From Escherichia phage TrudiGerster, in the sequence record MZ501108: a stretch of DNA of 64,000 nucleotides; one strand, given 5' to 3'. Position 1 is the first letter of the stretch, and every line of letters starts with the position of its first letter. Below are positions 41,374 through 50,301 of this stretch, piece by piece. The notes below the pieces were generated by a model. The model had not been told where the DNA came from. It saw nothing but the letters and a program-made list of their open reading frames with translations, and searched no databases. The position numbers and the translations under genes were made by a program.

Positions 41374-41520
41374 CTACAATTTTAACTAACTTTGCTTACC
41401 CTCGCCATAACTTTCTATCCCTCAACTGAATGATAATAGTATATACCTAAGCGGCGAAAATGTCAATAACCACTTTATAATTCCGACATGGGAAACGGGT
41501 AGCAAAGGGTTATGAATTAC

Positions 41521-42492
41521 TTAATCTACTCGCTCTACAATACATGGGATTACACCACCAGCACGAATCACTCGAATCTGGCAACCGATCTCTAAATCGA
41601 GAGCGTTAATGTAATCAACGTTATTGAGAGTTGCTTTAATAATCTTGGCATCGTCAATAATTACCGGTTCGAAATATCCAACAGGAGTTACTTTACCAGA
41701 AGCCCCTACCTGCCACTCAACTTTGAGAAGAGTTGTAATTTCGCCTTCTTCATCTTGTTTAATTGCATAAGCACCACGAGGATGTTTATTTGTCCAACCT
41801 TCACGGAAGAATTTGTTGTTGTCATTAATACGAACAACTTTACCATCCATTGGATACCAGTTGAAGTAGTTTTTAATATTCAGTACAGTGATGAAATCTT
41901 CGTTAGCTAACCAAGACATATCATCTAAGTAAGAGCCTGTAATACCTACAGAATCTTCGGAACACTGAATACCATAAGCTACAAAGATCAATCCACCTTC
42001 CGCAATACGTTCGATGAAGTCATCTTCTTCTTTTAAGTTAATAGCACCAGAAGCGTAGTTACGTTTGTTTTCTACTTCTTTAGTGATAAGAACTTCACCA
42101 GTGATTTGAGTTGGTACTTTCTGAGAAATCTTTTTCGGAATGTTCAGCAATCTAACGTTGCTTGTGACATCATTTCCTAGAATACCATTACCACGAGTTA
42201 ACGCTTGAACAAACGTTCCGTCGATATACAACAGAGAAATTGCGCAACCGTCTAGCTTATCAGTTTCTACATCATCAAGAGTAGTGAATGGAGCTTTATC
42301 ACCCCGATCGAAGTAAACTTTCTGCAAAGAATACATACGATACAGATGTGGGATATCACCTTTCGGACCGATGGCATCTTCCGCTGTTGGGAAACGTTTA
42401 AGCAGACGATCATACTCAGCATCAGAGATAATACTATAACCCTGATAATACGCTTCTTGACAACGTTGGATAAACTCTTTTACATTATTCAT
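41521..42492 (-). CDS. NAD-dependent DNA ligase, N-terminal adenylation part
   Basis: KxDG adenylation motif (DKLDGCAISL) and NAD-ligase-like N-terminus; likely start MNNVKEF, whose ATG overlaps the stop of the upstream small ORF. Confidence 0.78.
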   Translation of the reverse strand: MNNVKEFIQRCQEAYYQGYSIISDAEYDRLLKRFPTAEDAIGPKGDIPHLYRMYSLQKVYFDRGDKAPFTTLDDVETDKLDGCAISLLYIDGTFVQALTRGNGILGNDVTSNVRLLNIPKKISQKVPTQITGEVLITKEVENKRNYASGAINLKEEDDFIERIAEGGLIFVAYGIQCSEDSVGITGSYLDDMSWLANEDFITVLNIKNYFNWYPMDGKVVRINDNNKFFREGWTNKHPRGAYAIKQDEEGEITTLLKVEWQVGASGKVTPVGYFEPVIIDDAKIIKATLNNVDYINALDLEIGCQIRVIRAGGVIPCIVERVD

Positions 42493-42685
42493 CGTCGGCG
42501 ATTTCCATCTTGAGTTCTTTATTATACTGCGCAACCATACCAGCTAAATCAGCAGATTCTTTCAGAAACGCATCTCTGTACGCTTTTTGATTTACTGTGC
42601 CGATACTATCTTGATATTTAATGCGAGCCATTGAAAGCAAATTAAGTTTTGCTTGAATTTTGGGAAGTGTTACTGTCATTGCCAT
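42485..42685 (-). CDS. hypothetical small protein
   Basis: 66 aa from ATG MAMTVTLPK after GAGAGGA RBS; translationally coupled to ligase gene. Confidence 0.4.
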   Translation of the reverse strand: MAMTVTLPKIQAKLNLLSMARIKYQDSIGTVNQKAYRDAFLKESADLAGMVAQYNKELKMEIADDE

Positions 42686-42714
42686 AATTGATCCTCTCAT
42701 CAATTTATATAAAT

Positions 42715-42743
42715 ATTATATATTAAAATTGAGCTGAAAGCAA
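42715..42743 (-). promoter_or_regulatory. early promoter
   Basis: minus strand TTGCTT - 17 nt - TATAAT followed by ATTTATATAAATTGATGAGAGGA. Confidence 0.55.
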
Positions 42744-42750
42744 GTACATT

Positions 42751-42786
42751 TATAAAGAAAAAGCCAAGAACTATTCAGTCTTGGCT
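42751..42786 (-). terminator. rho-independent terminator after PC4-like gene
   Basis: minus-strand hairpin agccaaga-ctgaatagt-tcttggct followed by ttttctttata. Confidence 0.65.
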
Positions 42787-43079
42787 TTGAGTTCCTCAGC
42801 TCTTTTCTGAACTTCGGCAAGAACCTCAGATTCACTAAGGATTTGCGTAAAAGCATAGAATAGCTGTGAAGTAGTTTCTAGAGTGTACGGAAAAGAGAAG
42901 CCGGATTTCGTTGGAAACCATTCTCCAGTAATATCCTGGAGCCAATATCTAATTCCCATGTATAGATTCCCACGAAATTCAGATACTGTCAATCTTACTT
43001 GTTCACCTTCCTTTTCCCATAGAAGGATTGACTGATCATCAATGTGTCCTTCATAGTTTTGGTTTACCTGATCGCTCAT
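42771..43079 (-). CDS. PC4/YdbC-like putative ssDNA-binding protein
   Basis: 102 aa; motif LTVSEFRGNLYMGIRYW...GEWFPTKSGFSF resembles the PC4-fold signature. Confidence 0.5.
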   Translation of the reverse strand: MSDQVNQNYEGHIDDQSILLWEKEGEQVRLTVSEFRGNLYMGIRYWLQDITGEWFPTKSGFSFPYTLETTSQLFYAFTQILSESEVLAEVQKRAEELKAKTE

Positions 43080-43129
43080 TTACGTTTCTCAAATAGACAA
43101 AAAGCCCCATATAGGGGCTAATTGCTTTC

Positions 43130-43426
43130 TTATCGGCCTACTGGAGAAGCACGATCTAACTCTGACTGAAGGCTCGTAATGCGACGAACTTTCGCAACAG
43201 GAATGAAACGGAAGCTATCGTTAGTACGGGAGAAAACGAGGATCTCGTCGTCTTTATCCTTACGAATACGTTCACGTTTAATGCGCTCTGCTAGGTATTT
43301 ATCCTGAGCAGGATCAAACTCCATCGTACCCTGAAGATACGTGGTTCCTTTCTGACGCAGTTTCTCATAATGGAGATAAAACTCACCAAATTTGTTGCAT
43401 TGTGCAATGATTTCAGCTTTATTCAT
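43130..43426 (-). CDS. hypothetical protein
   Basis: 98 aa ORF, no recognisable motif. Confidence 0.4.
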   Translation of the reverse strand: MNKAEIIAQCNKFGEFYLHYEKLRQKGTTYLQGTMEFDPAQDKYLAERIKRERIRKDKDDEILVFSRTNDSFRFIPVAKVRRITSLQSELDRASPVGR

Positions 43427-43463
43427 AACTGTATTTCCTTGTGTGGTGGATTTATCTTGAGAA

Positions 43464-43874
43464 TTATTTAGTGATAGCTCGGACAGCTTCTGCCAGATGA
43501 GCAGCTGCTTTACCAGTCAGCTTGTCGATAATCGCTGAATCCAGGAAGTCTGGAGCCAGACCTGCATCAGAGAATGCAGACAGAAGATCGGCATGAGCCT
43601 GAGCTTTAGAAGTACGAGAACCGCCAGAAGCTTTTTCTCCAGTAGATGCAGTTGATTTGGAAGCAGAGCCAGCAGCTTTCTTGATATACAGACCCGCTTT
43701 AGTCAACTTCATACGGAAGCCGTTCGGAGTTACACCGTTTTCCTGAGCGATTTCGCTAACAATTTCCATGCTAACGCCCGGACGCTCATCTTCTGGGAAT
43801 TGCTCCATACGAGCAACGTAATCGGAAGACATTTTTTCGAACAGTTCATCAGTCCACTGAGTTGGAGTAGTCAT
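43464..43874 (-). CDS. putative DNA-binding protein (same helical motif family as 39774-40541)
   Basis: 136 aa; SMEIVSEIAQENGVTPNGFRMKLTKAGL motif; Ser/Ala/Gly-rich linker; biased codons. Confidence 0.45.
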   Translation of the reverse strand: MTTPTQWTDELFEKMSSDYVARMEQFPEDERPGVSMEIVSEIAQENGVTPNGFRMKLTKAGLYIKKAAGSASKSTASTGEKASGGSRTSKAQAHADLLSAFSDAGLAPDFLDSAIIDKLTGKAAAHLAEAVRAITK

Positions 43875-43932
43875 ATTTTTGAATTTCCTTAATTAAGAAT
43901 TAAACAGAATAGTTCTTTCAAACTATGAGAAT

Positions 43933-43961
43933 ATTATATCAAGAATTACAGGATTAAGCAA
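43933..43961 (-). promoter_or_regulatory. early promoter
   Basis: minus strand TTGCTT - 17 nt - TATAAT. Confidence 0.5.
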
Positions 43962-44211
43962 CTGAAATTTTTCAGTAACTGCTACACATCAAGCTCAACG
44001 ATCTCCCAATCATCGGCCAGTGCTTCTTCTAGGGTCAGCTCACACACTTCGTCACTAGGCATTAGTGACGTATCGGAGGGCATCCACACGTACTGGCGTA
44101 CGGTGTTGCTATCTACGAAGAATTTCAGGATTACTGTGTAATCCTTGTTGTTTTCCCAACTAGTCCGCTGGAGATATTTTTACGTCTCTAGCTTTTAACA
44201 GATCAGTTAAT

Positions 44212-44916
44212 TTACTCGCTGCGTCTTCCTTTTTCTTTATCAAGTTTCAGGGCAGCCTTAACAGCTTCATTAACTAACGTGATTACTTCTTCACGAGTAT
44301 ATTTGAAACCTAAAGCCTTAACATCGACTCCCAGCTCTTGCAGATGTTTTACAGAAGCTAATTCGTAGTTCATATAATGAACGTTCTGTTGTTTACCCTC
44401 GCTTAACAACCAAACACGATAAGCTCCTACCGGATTAGTCAATGCTTTCTTAACTTCACCGATACACTGATAGCCAGGAACCCAAACAAGCTCACCAACT
44501 TCAAATTCTTCTGCCATTGCATCATCTGGAACCAGCGGTGGATTCAACGGATCAACGATATCATTGATACGAAGCAGAGCACCATAACGTTCAAGGACAG
44601 ATTTAACCATAGCTACAGAACGATAGTTACGATCGGCAATTTCTTCGAAAGAATCACCAGATAAATACTGTTCAATTACGTTTGCGAGCTCAACACCTTG
44701 AATTAGTGTGCCACGCTTCTTTTTCTTCATTTCCGCGACTTGAACTTGGCGATCCTGCCATTCTTCAATCATTCGTTCCATCGTCGGGTTAGAAGAAACT
44801 CCCAGCATTTCACAAGCAGCTTTCTTCGTTCCACCGTTCTCTAGATGTTCAATAACCTTCTTGAATACATCATCGGAGATTTCGTGGATTTGCTTTTTTC
44901 TACGAGAACCAGCCAT
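44212..44916 (-). CDS. putative HTH DNA-binding regulator
   Basis: 234 aa; two helix-turn-helix-like segments (TKKAACEMLGVSSNPTMERMI; SFEEIADRNYRSVAMVKSVLERYG). Confidence 0.5.
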   Translation of the reverse strand: MAGSRRKKQIHEISDDVFKKVIEHLENGGTKKAACEMLGVSSNPTMERMIEEWQDRQVQVAEMKKKKRGTLIQGVELANVIEQYLSGDSFEEIADRNYRSVAMVKSVLERYGALLRINDIVDPLNPPLVPDDAMAEEFEVGELVWVPGYQCIGEVKKALTNPVGAYRVWLLSEGKQQNVHYMNYELASVKHLQELGVDVKALGFKYTREEVITLVNEAVKAALKLDKEKGRRSE

Positions 44917-44947
44917 TTAAATACTCCTCTCTCAAATTTATGAATCT

Positions 44948-44976
44948 ATTATACAGAAAATTTTTGCAAGATGCAA
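44948..44976 (-). promoter_or_regulatory. early promoter
   Basis: minus strand TTGCAT - 17 nt - TATAAT followed by AGATTCATAAATTTGAGAGAGGAG and ATG. Confidence 0.6.
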
Positions 44977-44984
44977 ATAAATTT

Positions 44985-45218
44985 TTACGATTCCTTGAGC
45001 AAAGAAGCCAGCTCAGCATAAACTTTATCTAACTCAAATCCAACGCGAAGGGACACACGAGTCTTCCGTTGTTTCAGAAGCCATATAGATACGTTAGGGA
45101 TACCAGCGAGACGAGGTGGTACAACCCTACATAACTTTTCCGCAGTGTCATATCCGGAACGTTTACTCTCTTTTACGGGGAACTTCCTTGTTTCCCATTT
45201 TTTATTCTTCGCTGTCAT
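44985..45218 (-). CDS. hypothetical small basic protein
   Basis: 77 aa from ATG MTAKNKKW after GGGAG RBS (track ORF extends to 45269); overlaps upstream gene end. Confidence 0.4.
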   Translation of the reverse strand: MTAKNKKWETRKFPVKESKRSGYDTAEKLCRVVPPRLAGIPNVSIWLLKQRKTRVSLRVGFELDKVYAELASLLKES

Positions 45219-47991
45219 TTCTAGCTCCCAGTTCTGCCAAAGCCTCTTCATGCATCTGACGTTCTTCATCAGTCATGAACTTAACTGGAATCGGCATACA
45301 CTCGATCTTACAGTAAGTTCTGTACCAGTCCACAATCTTTTCTGTATCCAAATCCTTTCCGATACCCATCATTCCCAAGTACATACGAGCATACTTTGGG
45401 TTTGCACTCTGACCTGTTTTAAGGAAGAAATCTTTCTTCTTACCTTTCAGAGCTTCGATAAATGGTTTGATTGTGACATTTGAACACTTCTTAATATCTT
45501 CCCAGAACATCTCGTGCATCTTATGGAAGAATGCAGCCCGATCGTTTGGTTTATCCTTGATATACTGTTCAACATGTTCAACTGTTACATCTTTAATAGA
45601 ATCAAGATGATAGTAACGAACTAGCAGAAGTTTTGCTTCATAAGCATCAGCATGACGTGGTGCACAATAATCAGGAGTTGAGTGCAGGATAGCTTTAATT
45701 CGCTCTTCTGTGTACTCTTTGTTTGCACCTTCGATAGTCCCCCAGCTTTCACTGAAGATATCAATAGTCGCACCCTGATCAAGCAGATAATAGCGTAGAG
45801 TACTAGTATAATTCCTAGACTCCAGCTCACGACGACGTGCATAAAGTTGCTGTGCTAACTCAATCCAACCTTCGTCAATATTATACTGCTCGGAACCCGC
45901 AGAAAATCCACTTGTAGACTTATCAATAAAGTAATAGATATTCTGAGCACCACGGTCGCGCCTGATTGCTTGAAAACGCATGTTTGGCGCTTGGTTACTG
46001 GTTCGAGTAATAACGAATACGTTATCGAAATAGTTAAAGTCAACCCCACTCGTTACAGAGGGACTACATAATAAACAATCAATCTGCTGATCAATTAGCT
46101 CATTAGTTGTGTAATCCAGAATACGACGAATATCCACATCTGATGTGGAATTTGAGTGAATTTCTTTAACTAACGCACCAGTATTACGACGTAACGCCAT
46201 ACCTTTTTCGTTCAGTTCATCCGGACCACAGTCAGATACTAGGATAGATTTCTCACCCATCTCTAGAGATGTTTGTAAGGCAACCCAAATGCTGGATTCA
46301 TCAGGGAACTCATAAGCATGAGCTTTTGCCAGCATTTTACGGTGATGATTATAGAACGCTACCGGTTTATCAAAGTCGATCAGAGAGCCATAGGCTTCAA
46401 TCGTTTCAGCACTAATATCACCATCAGACAGAATAACTGTTTTAGCTGTCATGAGAATATCACGAAGAACCTGAATACATTCACGACGGTTCTTAACAAC
46501 TGGAGCAAACAACAGGTCATTCATTACCGCGTCACATTCATCGATAAAGATTGTATCAATCTGACCAACAAAACTCTTGAATTTATGGATTGAGTGAATC
46601 GTAGTTGACATACGATCAATCGCACCACGCTTGAAGTTCAGCATATCTACAGACTTATCATACTGACCAGCACTAAATTTCTTTGCGTTTGAAGATACCA
46701 GAGCACGAGTGTTTGTTACCGCGATGAAATTCCCAGGAAGAACGCCAGCATCCAGCCACTTCGTTACCGCCGTAGTTTTACCTGTACCAAGACTTGCCTT
46801 AACAAATGTTAGGTGATCTTTTGGAGGTACAATGTTAATCTTCAGATATGGGACTTCCGCTGGAGAATCCGTATTTAACTGTTTTAGAGGAACACCTTTC
46901 AAGTTTTGTGGAATATCTCTACGACTATTGTTAACAAACGCTTTTAACGCCTGTTTACGACCGTTATTGAAGTAATCCTGAATATTACGACTATTATCTT
47001 TAGTTGCAATGTATTCAGACAAGGCAGGTTTAATCTCACGTTCTAACCACGCAAAATCAACACCATCCTCTAACGCTCGGTGATATAGTTTTGGAATAAT
47101 ACGCAGGTACACTCCATCCTCAGCTTCTTCTAATTCGCTGATGGTTTCCTCTACTTTTTCAGAAGCAGCCTTCTTACCTTTGATTTGATCGAGTAAAGAG
47201 TAGAACTCTTCTTTGAACTCACCCCTAGTTGTTTCATAGTCAACTAGGTTGTTTGGCAGATTTACTTTCGAACCCTTAACATACACAAGGCGTGGCTTAT
47301 TCTCCGCTTTAAACGGATCAACTATACCATCGCTAAATAAAGGGTCGGCAAAATAGTGAAGCTGTACAGAAGAATAATAAGCTAAGTCAGCAATATCAAA
47401 ACCATACTTTTGCTTACTACTATCGTTGATAGACGTAAATAAGAACTTTAACTGTCCCTGCGTCACCTTAACATTAGATTCCAGCATTAAGTGCATTCGG
47501 ATACCTGATTTTAATCCAGCCGAAGACGATGCATGAGCAATAAACCCTGCATCAAGAGGAAACATATCCTCACTAATACTATGTAACATCTTAATGATAT
47601 GACGTGCCATGCCAACAAGATTAAACTTGTCGTAACCACCAGTATCCTGAATACCATCCACGTCCATTGCAATAATGTGACTAGGATTAGAAACGTTAAA
47701 GTTTCCACGAGTACGACGGACATTATCCTTTGGAGCCAAACATTTACCACGAATAGCCACAATATGAGGATCTTGGGTTAGCCTACGCATAATAGGCAGC
47801 ATTTCAGCAAGGCTTTGCGGGTCAAGCTCTTCAAGTACATCAAATTTGAAGGGCATGGAAGCTGGTTTACCTTCCGGATGCTCTTTCGAGAATCGCTTAG
47901 CAAAGGTGTAATCTTCCACTTTAATTTCTTTCCAGATGCCTGTTGCTTTATCTCTGGAAAATCCTGCATGACCTTGTAGGATTGAGAACAC
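45202..47991 (-). CDS. putative replication initiator / origin-binding P-loop ATPase
   Basis: about 929 aa; Walker A SLGTGKTTA and Walker B-like IFIDECD in central region; likely GTG start after AGGAG (track ORF extends to 48057). Confidence 0.65.
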   Translation of the reverse strand: MFSILQGHAGFSRDKATGIWKEIKVEDYTFAKRFSKEHPEGKPASMPFKFDVLEELDPQSLAEMLPIMRRLTQDPHIVAIRGKCLAPKDNVRRTRGNFNVSNPSHIIAMDVDGIQDTGGYDKFNLVGMARHIIKMLHSISEDMFPLDAGFIAHASSSAGLKSGIRMHLMLESNVKVTQGQLKFLFTSINDSSKQKYGFDIADLAYYSSVQLHYFADPLFSDGIVDPFKAENKPRLVYVKGSKVNLPNNLVDYETTRGEFKEEFYSLLDQIKGKKAASEKVEETISELEEAEDGVYLRIIPKLYHRALEDGVDFAWLEREIKPALSEYIATKDNSRNIQDYFNNGRKQALKAFVNNSRRDIPQNLKGVPLKQLNTDSPAEVPYLKINIVPPKDHLTFVKASLGTGKTTAVTKWLDAGVLPGNFIAVTNTRALVSSNAKKFSAGQYDKSVDMLNFKRGAIDRMSTTIHSIHKFKSFVGQIDTIFIDECDAVMNDLLFAPVVKNRRECIQVLRDILMTAKTVILSDGDISAETIEAYGSLIDFDKPVAFYNHHRKMLAKAHAYEFPDESSIWVALQTSLEMGEKSILVSDCGPDELNEKGMALRRNTGALVKEIHSNSTSDVDIRRILDYTTNELIDQQIDCLLCSPSVTSGVDFNYFDNVFVITRTSNQAPNMRFQAIRRDRGAQNIYYFIDKSTSGFSAGSEQYNIDEGWIELAQQLYARRRELESRNYTSTLRYYLLDQGATIDIFSESWGTIEGANKEYTEERIKAILHSTPDYCAPRHADAYEAKLLLVRYYHLDSIKDVTVEHVEQYIKDKPNDRAAFFHKMHEMFWEDIKKCSNVTIKPFIEALKGKKKDFFLKTGQSANPKYARMYLGMMGIGKDLDTEKIVDWYRTYCKIECMPIPVKFMTDEERQMHEEALAELGARNDSEE

Positions 47992-48557
47992 AACAATACT
48001 CCTATGCTGGTTATTCGAATACTTTTCTTTAGGACTATTCAAAAAAGAATAGAACAACTATTACTAACGTCAACACAAATATTAATCATCATCAAGCAGT
48101 ATGGATAAGTTACCATACCTCAGTGCTGTGCTCTCTATACTCATATCCAGAATAGAAATTAGGTCTATCGGCCGCTAAGCCATTTCTATTTGTCCTCACT
48201 ATCCTATTGGTAGGTGACTACTGGACGTGTTACCATTCGCAGCTCTTTTCGTTCGCACCCCCATAAAAGCCTCTCCCTATCTAACGAAGCTAATATGCAC
48301 GGTTTGGATTTACCTTTCCGAATTCAGGGTACACAGATCACTTAATTGACAACCAACTAATATCGTATAAACATTAGTAATAGTTAAAACAACCTTTAAT
48401 GGGGCAGCCGAACTGTTCCGTATTGCGGATTGTAAACAAGAAAAATTAGTAAAATCAATTTTTACTAATGTCTCTCAATTCAATATAAATATTATATCAA
48501 CTTTTGGAGCATCCTGCAAGTAAAATTTTCCCGACGGTGCTATCAGTGGCCTTGAGT

Positions 48558-48587
48558 ACGGAGAAAACCGAGCCAAAGTGACTCGGT
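48558..48587 (-). terminator. rho-independent terminator after the paralog pair
   Basis: minus-strand hairpin accgag-tcactttgg-ctcggt followed by tttctcc. Confidence 0.55.
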
Positions 48588-48610
48588 AATCAGGATTGTG
48601 CTAAGGAAAA

Positions 48611-49018
48611 TCAATCATCATTTAGACCTGGAACATAGATTCCAATACGGTTTAATTGATGTTTGGCTTCTTCGAGAATATCTGGAGTGTACTCCCAAAT
48701 ATCATCTTCCACAAATAACAAATAAGGGGACTCACCTGTTTCGGGGTCACGTGTAATGGCGTAACCGCGTGGGTGGAACAGGGAGAAGTTTAGGGCAACA
48801 ATAAGACCCATACGAGATAGCTCATTCCAGTGCATCTCAAAATCTACAGGAACATCATTTTGATCTCTACTGGTAACAAAGATTCCTAGACAAGGATCTG
48901 TCGGGTCAGTAAAGGGGAAAGTTACACTAACCTTTTCAACCCCCAACCAACGTGCAAGGAGCCCTTCAGCCCGCTCCACTAAACTAGGATCAATAAGACG
49001 CCAAGATACTTGTTCCAT
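48611..49018 (-). CDS. hypothetical protein, paralog B
   Basis: 135 aa; shares W.EL..MGL(I/V).ALN..LF.P ... W.Y.P(E/D) ... G..(V/I)PGL with the adjacent ORF. Confidence 0.5.
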   Translation of the reverse strand: MEQVSWRLIDPSLVERAEGLLARWLGVEKVSVTFPFTDPTDPCLGIFVTSRDQNDVPVDFEMHWNELSRMGLIVALNFSLFHPRGYAITRDPETGESPYLLFVEDDIWEYTPDILEEAKHQLNRIGIYVPGLNDD

Positions 49019-49028
49019 TCTGCCTCCT

Positions 49029-49457
49029 TTAAGCAGTTAAACCAGGGATCTGATAGCCGAAATGACGCAGCTTCTGGATACCCTCATTTATTTCTTCGGG
49101 CGAATAATGCCAGCCCTCACGTTCATTTACCTGGAAAGCCGGAGCCTCCCCATTACGATAGTTTACTATCAAACGATGTTTAATAGGCATGAACAGTTTG
49201 TAGTTCAATGCAAAAACCAATCCCATGTAGTCCAGTTCTTTCCAGTCTACAATCTCTTCTACCCCATCTTCCAACATTACACTGATACCAATGCAGCTAG
49301 CTTCATCAGAGTCTGAAGTAAACGCGAAAGCAATCTCATTATTCTCACACCAAATCTTGAGAGTATTAATGGCTTCCTCAAACAGATTATCCGGCAGAGA
49401 ACGCCAGAAGTTGATAAGAAGTGGATTGATATTGGTTTCAAATAGGTTATTAAACAT
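49029..49457 (-). CDS. hypothetical protein, paralog A
   Basis: 142 aa; paralogous to 48611-49018. Confidence 0.5.
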   Translation of the reverse strand: MFNNLFETNINPLLINFWRSLPDNLFEEAINTLKIWCENNEIAFAFTSDSDEASCIGISVMLEDGVEEIVDWKELDYMGLVFALNYKLFMPIKHRLIVNYRNGEAPAFQVNEREGWHYSPEEINEGIQKLRHFGYQIPGLTA

Positions 49458-49459
49458 AG

Positions 49460-49999
49460 CTATACCTTTAAGTTTTGAAGGGCTTTACACATTGCAAGAT
49501 CAGGACTAAACTCCAGCATATAGCTGATAGCATTCAGATCCTGCATATTTATTCCAGTTCTACCATTGACAATAACTGTTGGATACTGGTACATCATAGC
49601 TCCAGCATCATCTAGGACACACCAGTGCTTGAGTTTGTACTTTTCCACAAACCGAAGAACAGAATTGCCTCTAGATAATCCACCACCAGTAAAATCAGTA
49701 GTACCAAGAAAACGATCAACCAGACCTAACGCGGTCATGATCTCAACATTCTCCACCTCGTTACGTACTGTAAACCATGATGAAACCCCAACAATCATTA
49801 TACCGGATGGTTTTAAGAAGTTCTGGAAAGCCTGTAGTAAAGGTTTGAAAACCCAGTCTCCACCAAAGAAGATCTTCTCTTCATCTGGAGCATGGTGGTG
49901 AGAGATGCTCGAATTGAGCACCCCATCAATATCCAGAAAAATAATTGGAGTATTACTTAGATCCACCGGATTTGTCCCATTGCAGAGTTTTAGCTTCAT
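49460..49999 (-). CDS. HAD-superfamily phosphatase (nucleotidase-like)
   Basis: 179 aa; HAD motif I IIFLDIDGVLN near N-terminus. Confidence 0.6.
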   Translation of the reverse strand: MKLKLCNGTNPVDLSNTPIIFLDIDGVLNSSISHHHAPDEEKIFFGGDWVFKPLLQAFQNFLKPSGIMIVGVSSWFTVRNEVENVEIMTALGLVDRFLGTTDFTGGGLSRGNSVLRFVEKYKLKHWCVLDDAGAMMYQYPTVIVNGRTGINMQDLNAISYMLEFSPDLAMCKALQNLKV

Positions 50000-50138
50000 C
50001 GGAGAAAGGAATATGGTAGTCTACCTTACCCTTACCAAACATAGCCGCCAAAAATACAGTATAGATAGTAATCATACCAATCAGGTTTACAGTCCACACC
50101 AATACTTTCCAGATACCCTTAAAAATCTTCTTCACCAT
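49953..50138 (-). CDS. small membrane protein
   Basis: 61 aa with one hydrophobic helix (WKVLVWTVNLIGMITIYTVFLAAMF); overlaps HAD gene start in another frame. Confidence 0.35.
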   Translation of the reverse strand: MVKKIFKGIWKVLVWTVNLIGMITIYTVFLAAMFGKGKVDYHIPFSDEAKTLQWDKSGGSK

Positions 50139-50301
50139 ATTCTTCCTCCTTAATCAGGAATTCTTTCCATTCTGCTGTATCCTCATAGATAACGCAGAAA
50201 TCATCACTCTTGCACGAGAAATCATCAGTAGCATATTCAAAACGGTAGCACCAACTACCATCTGGCCATACTAAAAGATCACACATGCTTTTGCGGTGCA
50301 T
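50119..50301 (-). CDS. small acidic Cys-containing protein
   Basis: 60 aa ORF overlapping neighbours at both ends; four Cys. Confidence 0.3.
   Translation of the reverse strand: MHRKSMCDLLVWPDGSWCYRFEYATDDFSCKSDDFCVIYEDTAEWKEFLIKEEEYGEEDF

Noticed and set aside
43962-44211. A 33-codon minus-strand ORF (44083 down to 43982) in the spacer downstream of the HTH regulator gene
   Set aside because: No Shine-Dalgarno before its ATG or the nearby GTG and no conserved features; left unannotated
38219-48057. Long N-terminal extensions given by the ORF track for several genes (helicase to 39742, ligase to 42534, initiator to 48057, nrdA from 55148, SbcC-like to 30107)
   Set aside because: The extensions begin at weak alternative starts without an RBS and run through terminator or promoter sequence; internal ATG/GTG codons preceded by AGGAG-like sites were preferred
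48058-48610. Possible tRNA genes in the large non-coding region
   Set aside because: Searched by eye on both strands for T-loop GTTCGAATC-like sequences with flanking stems and 7-bp acceptor pairing; none found. A tRNAscan run would be decisive
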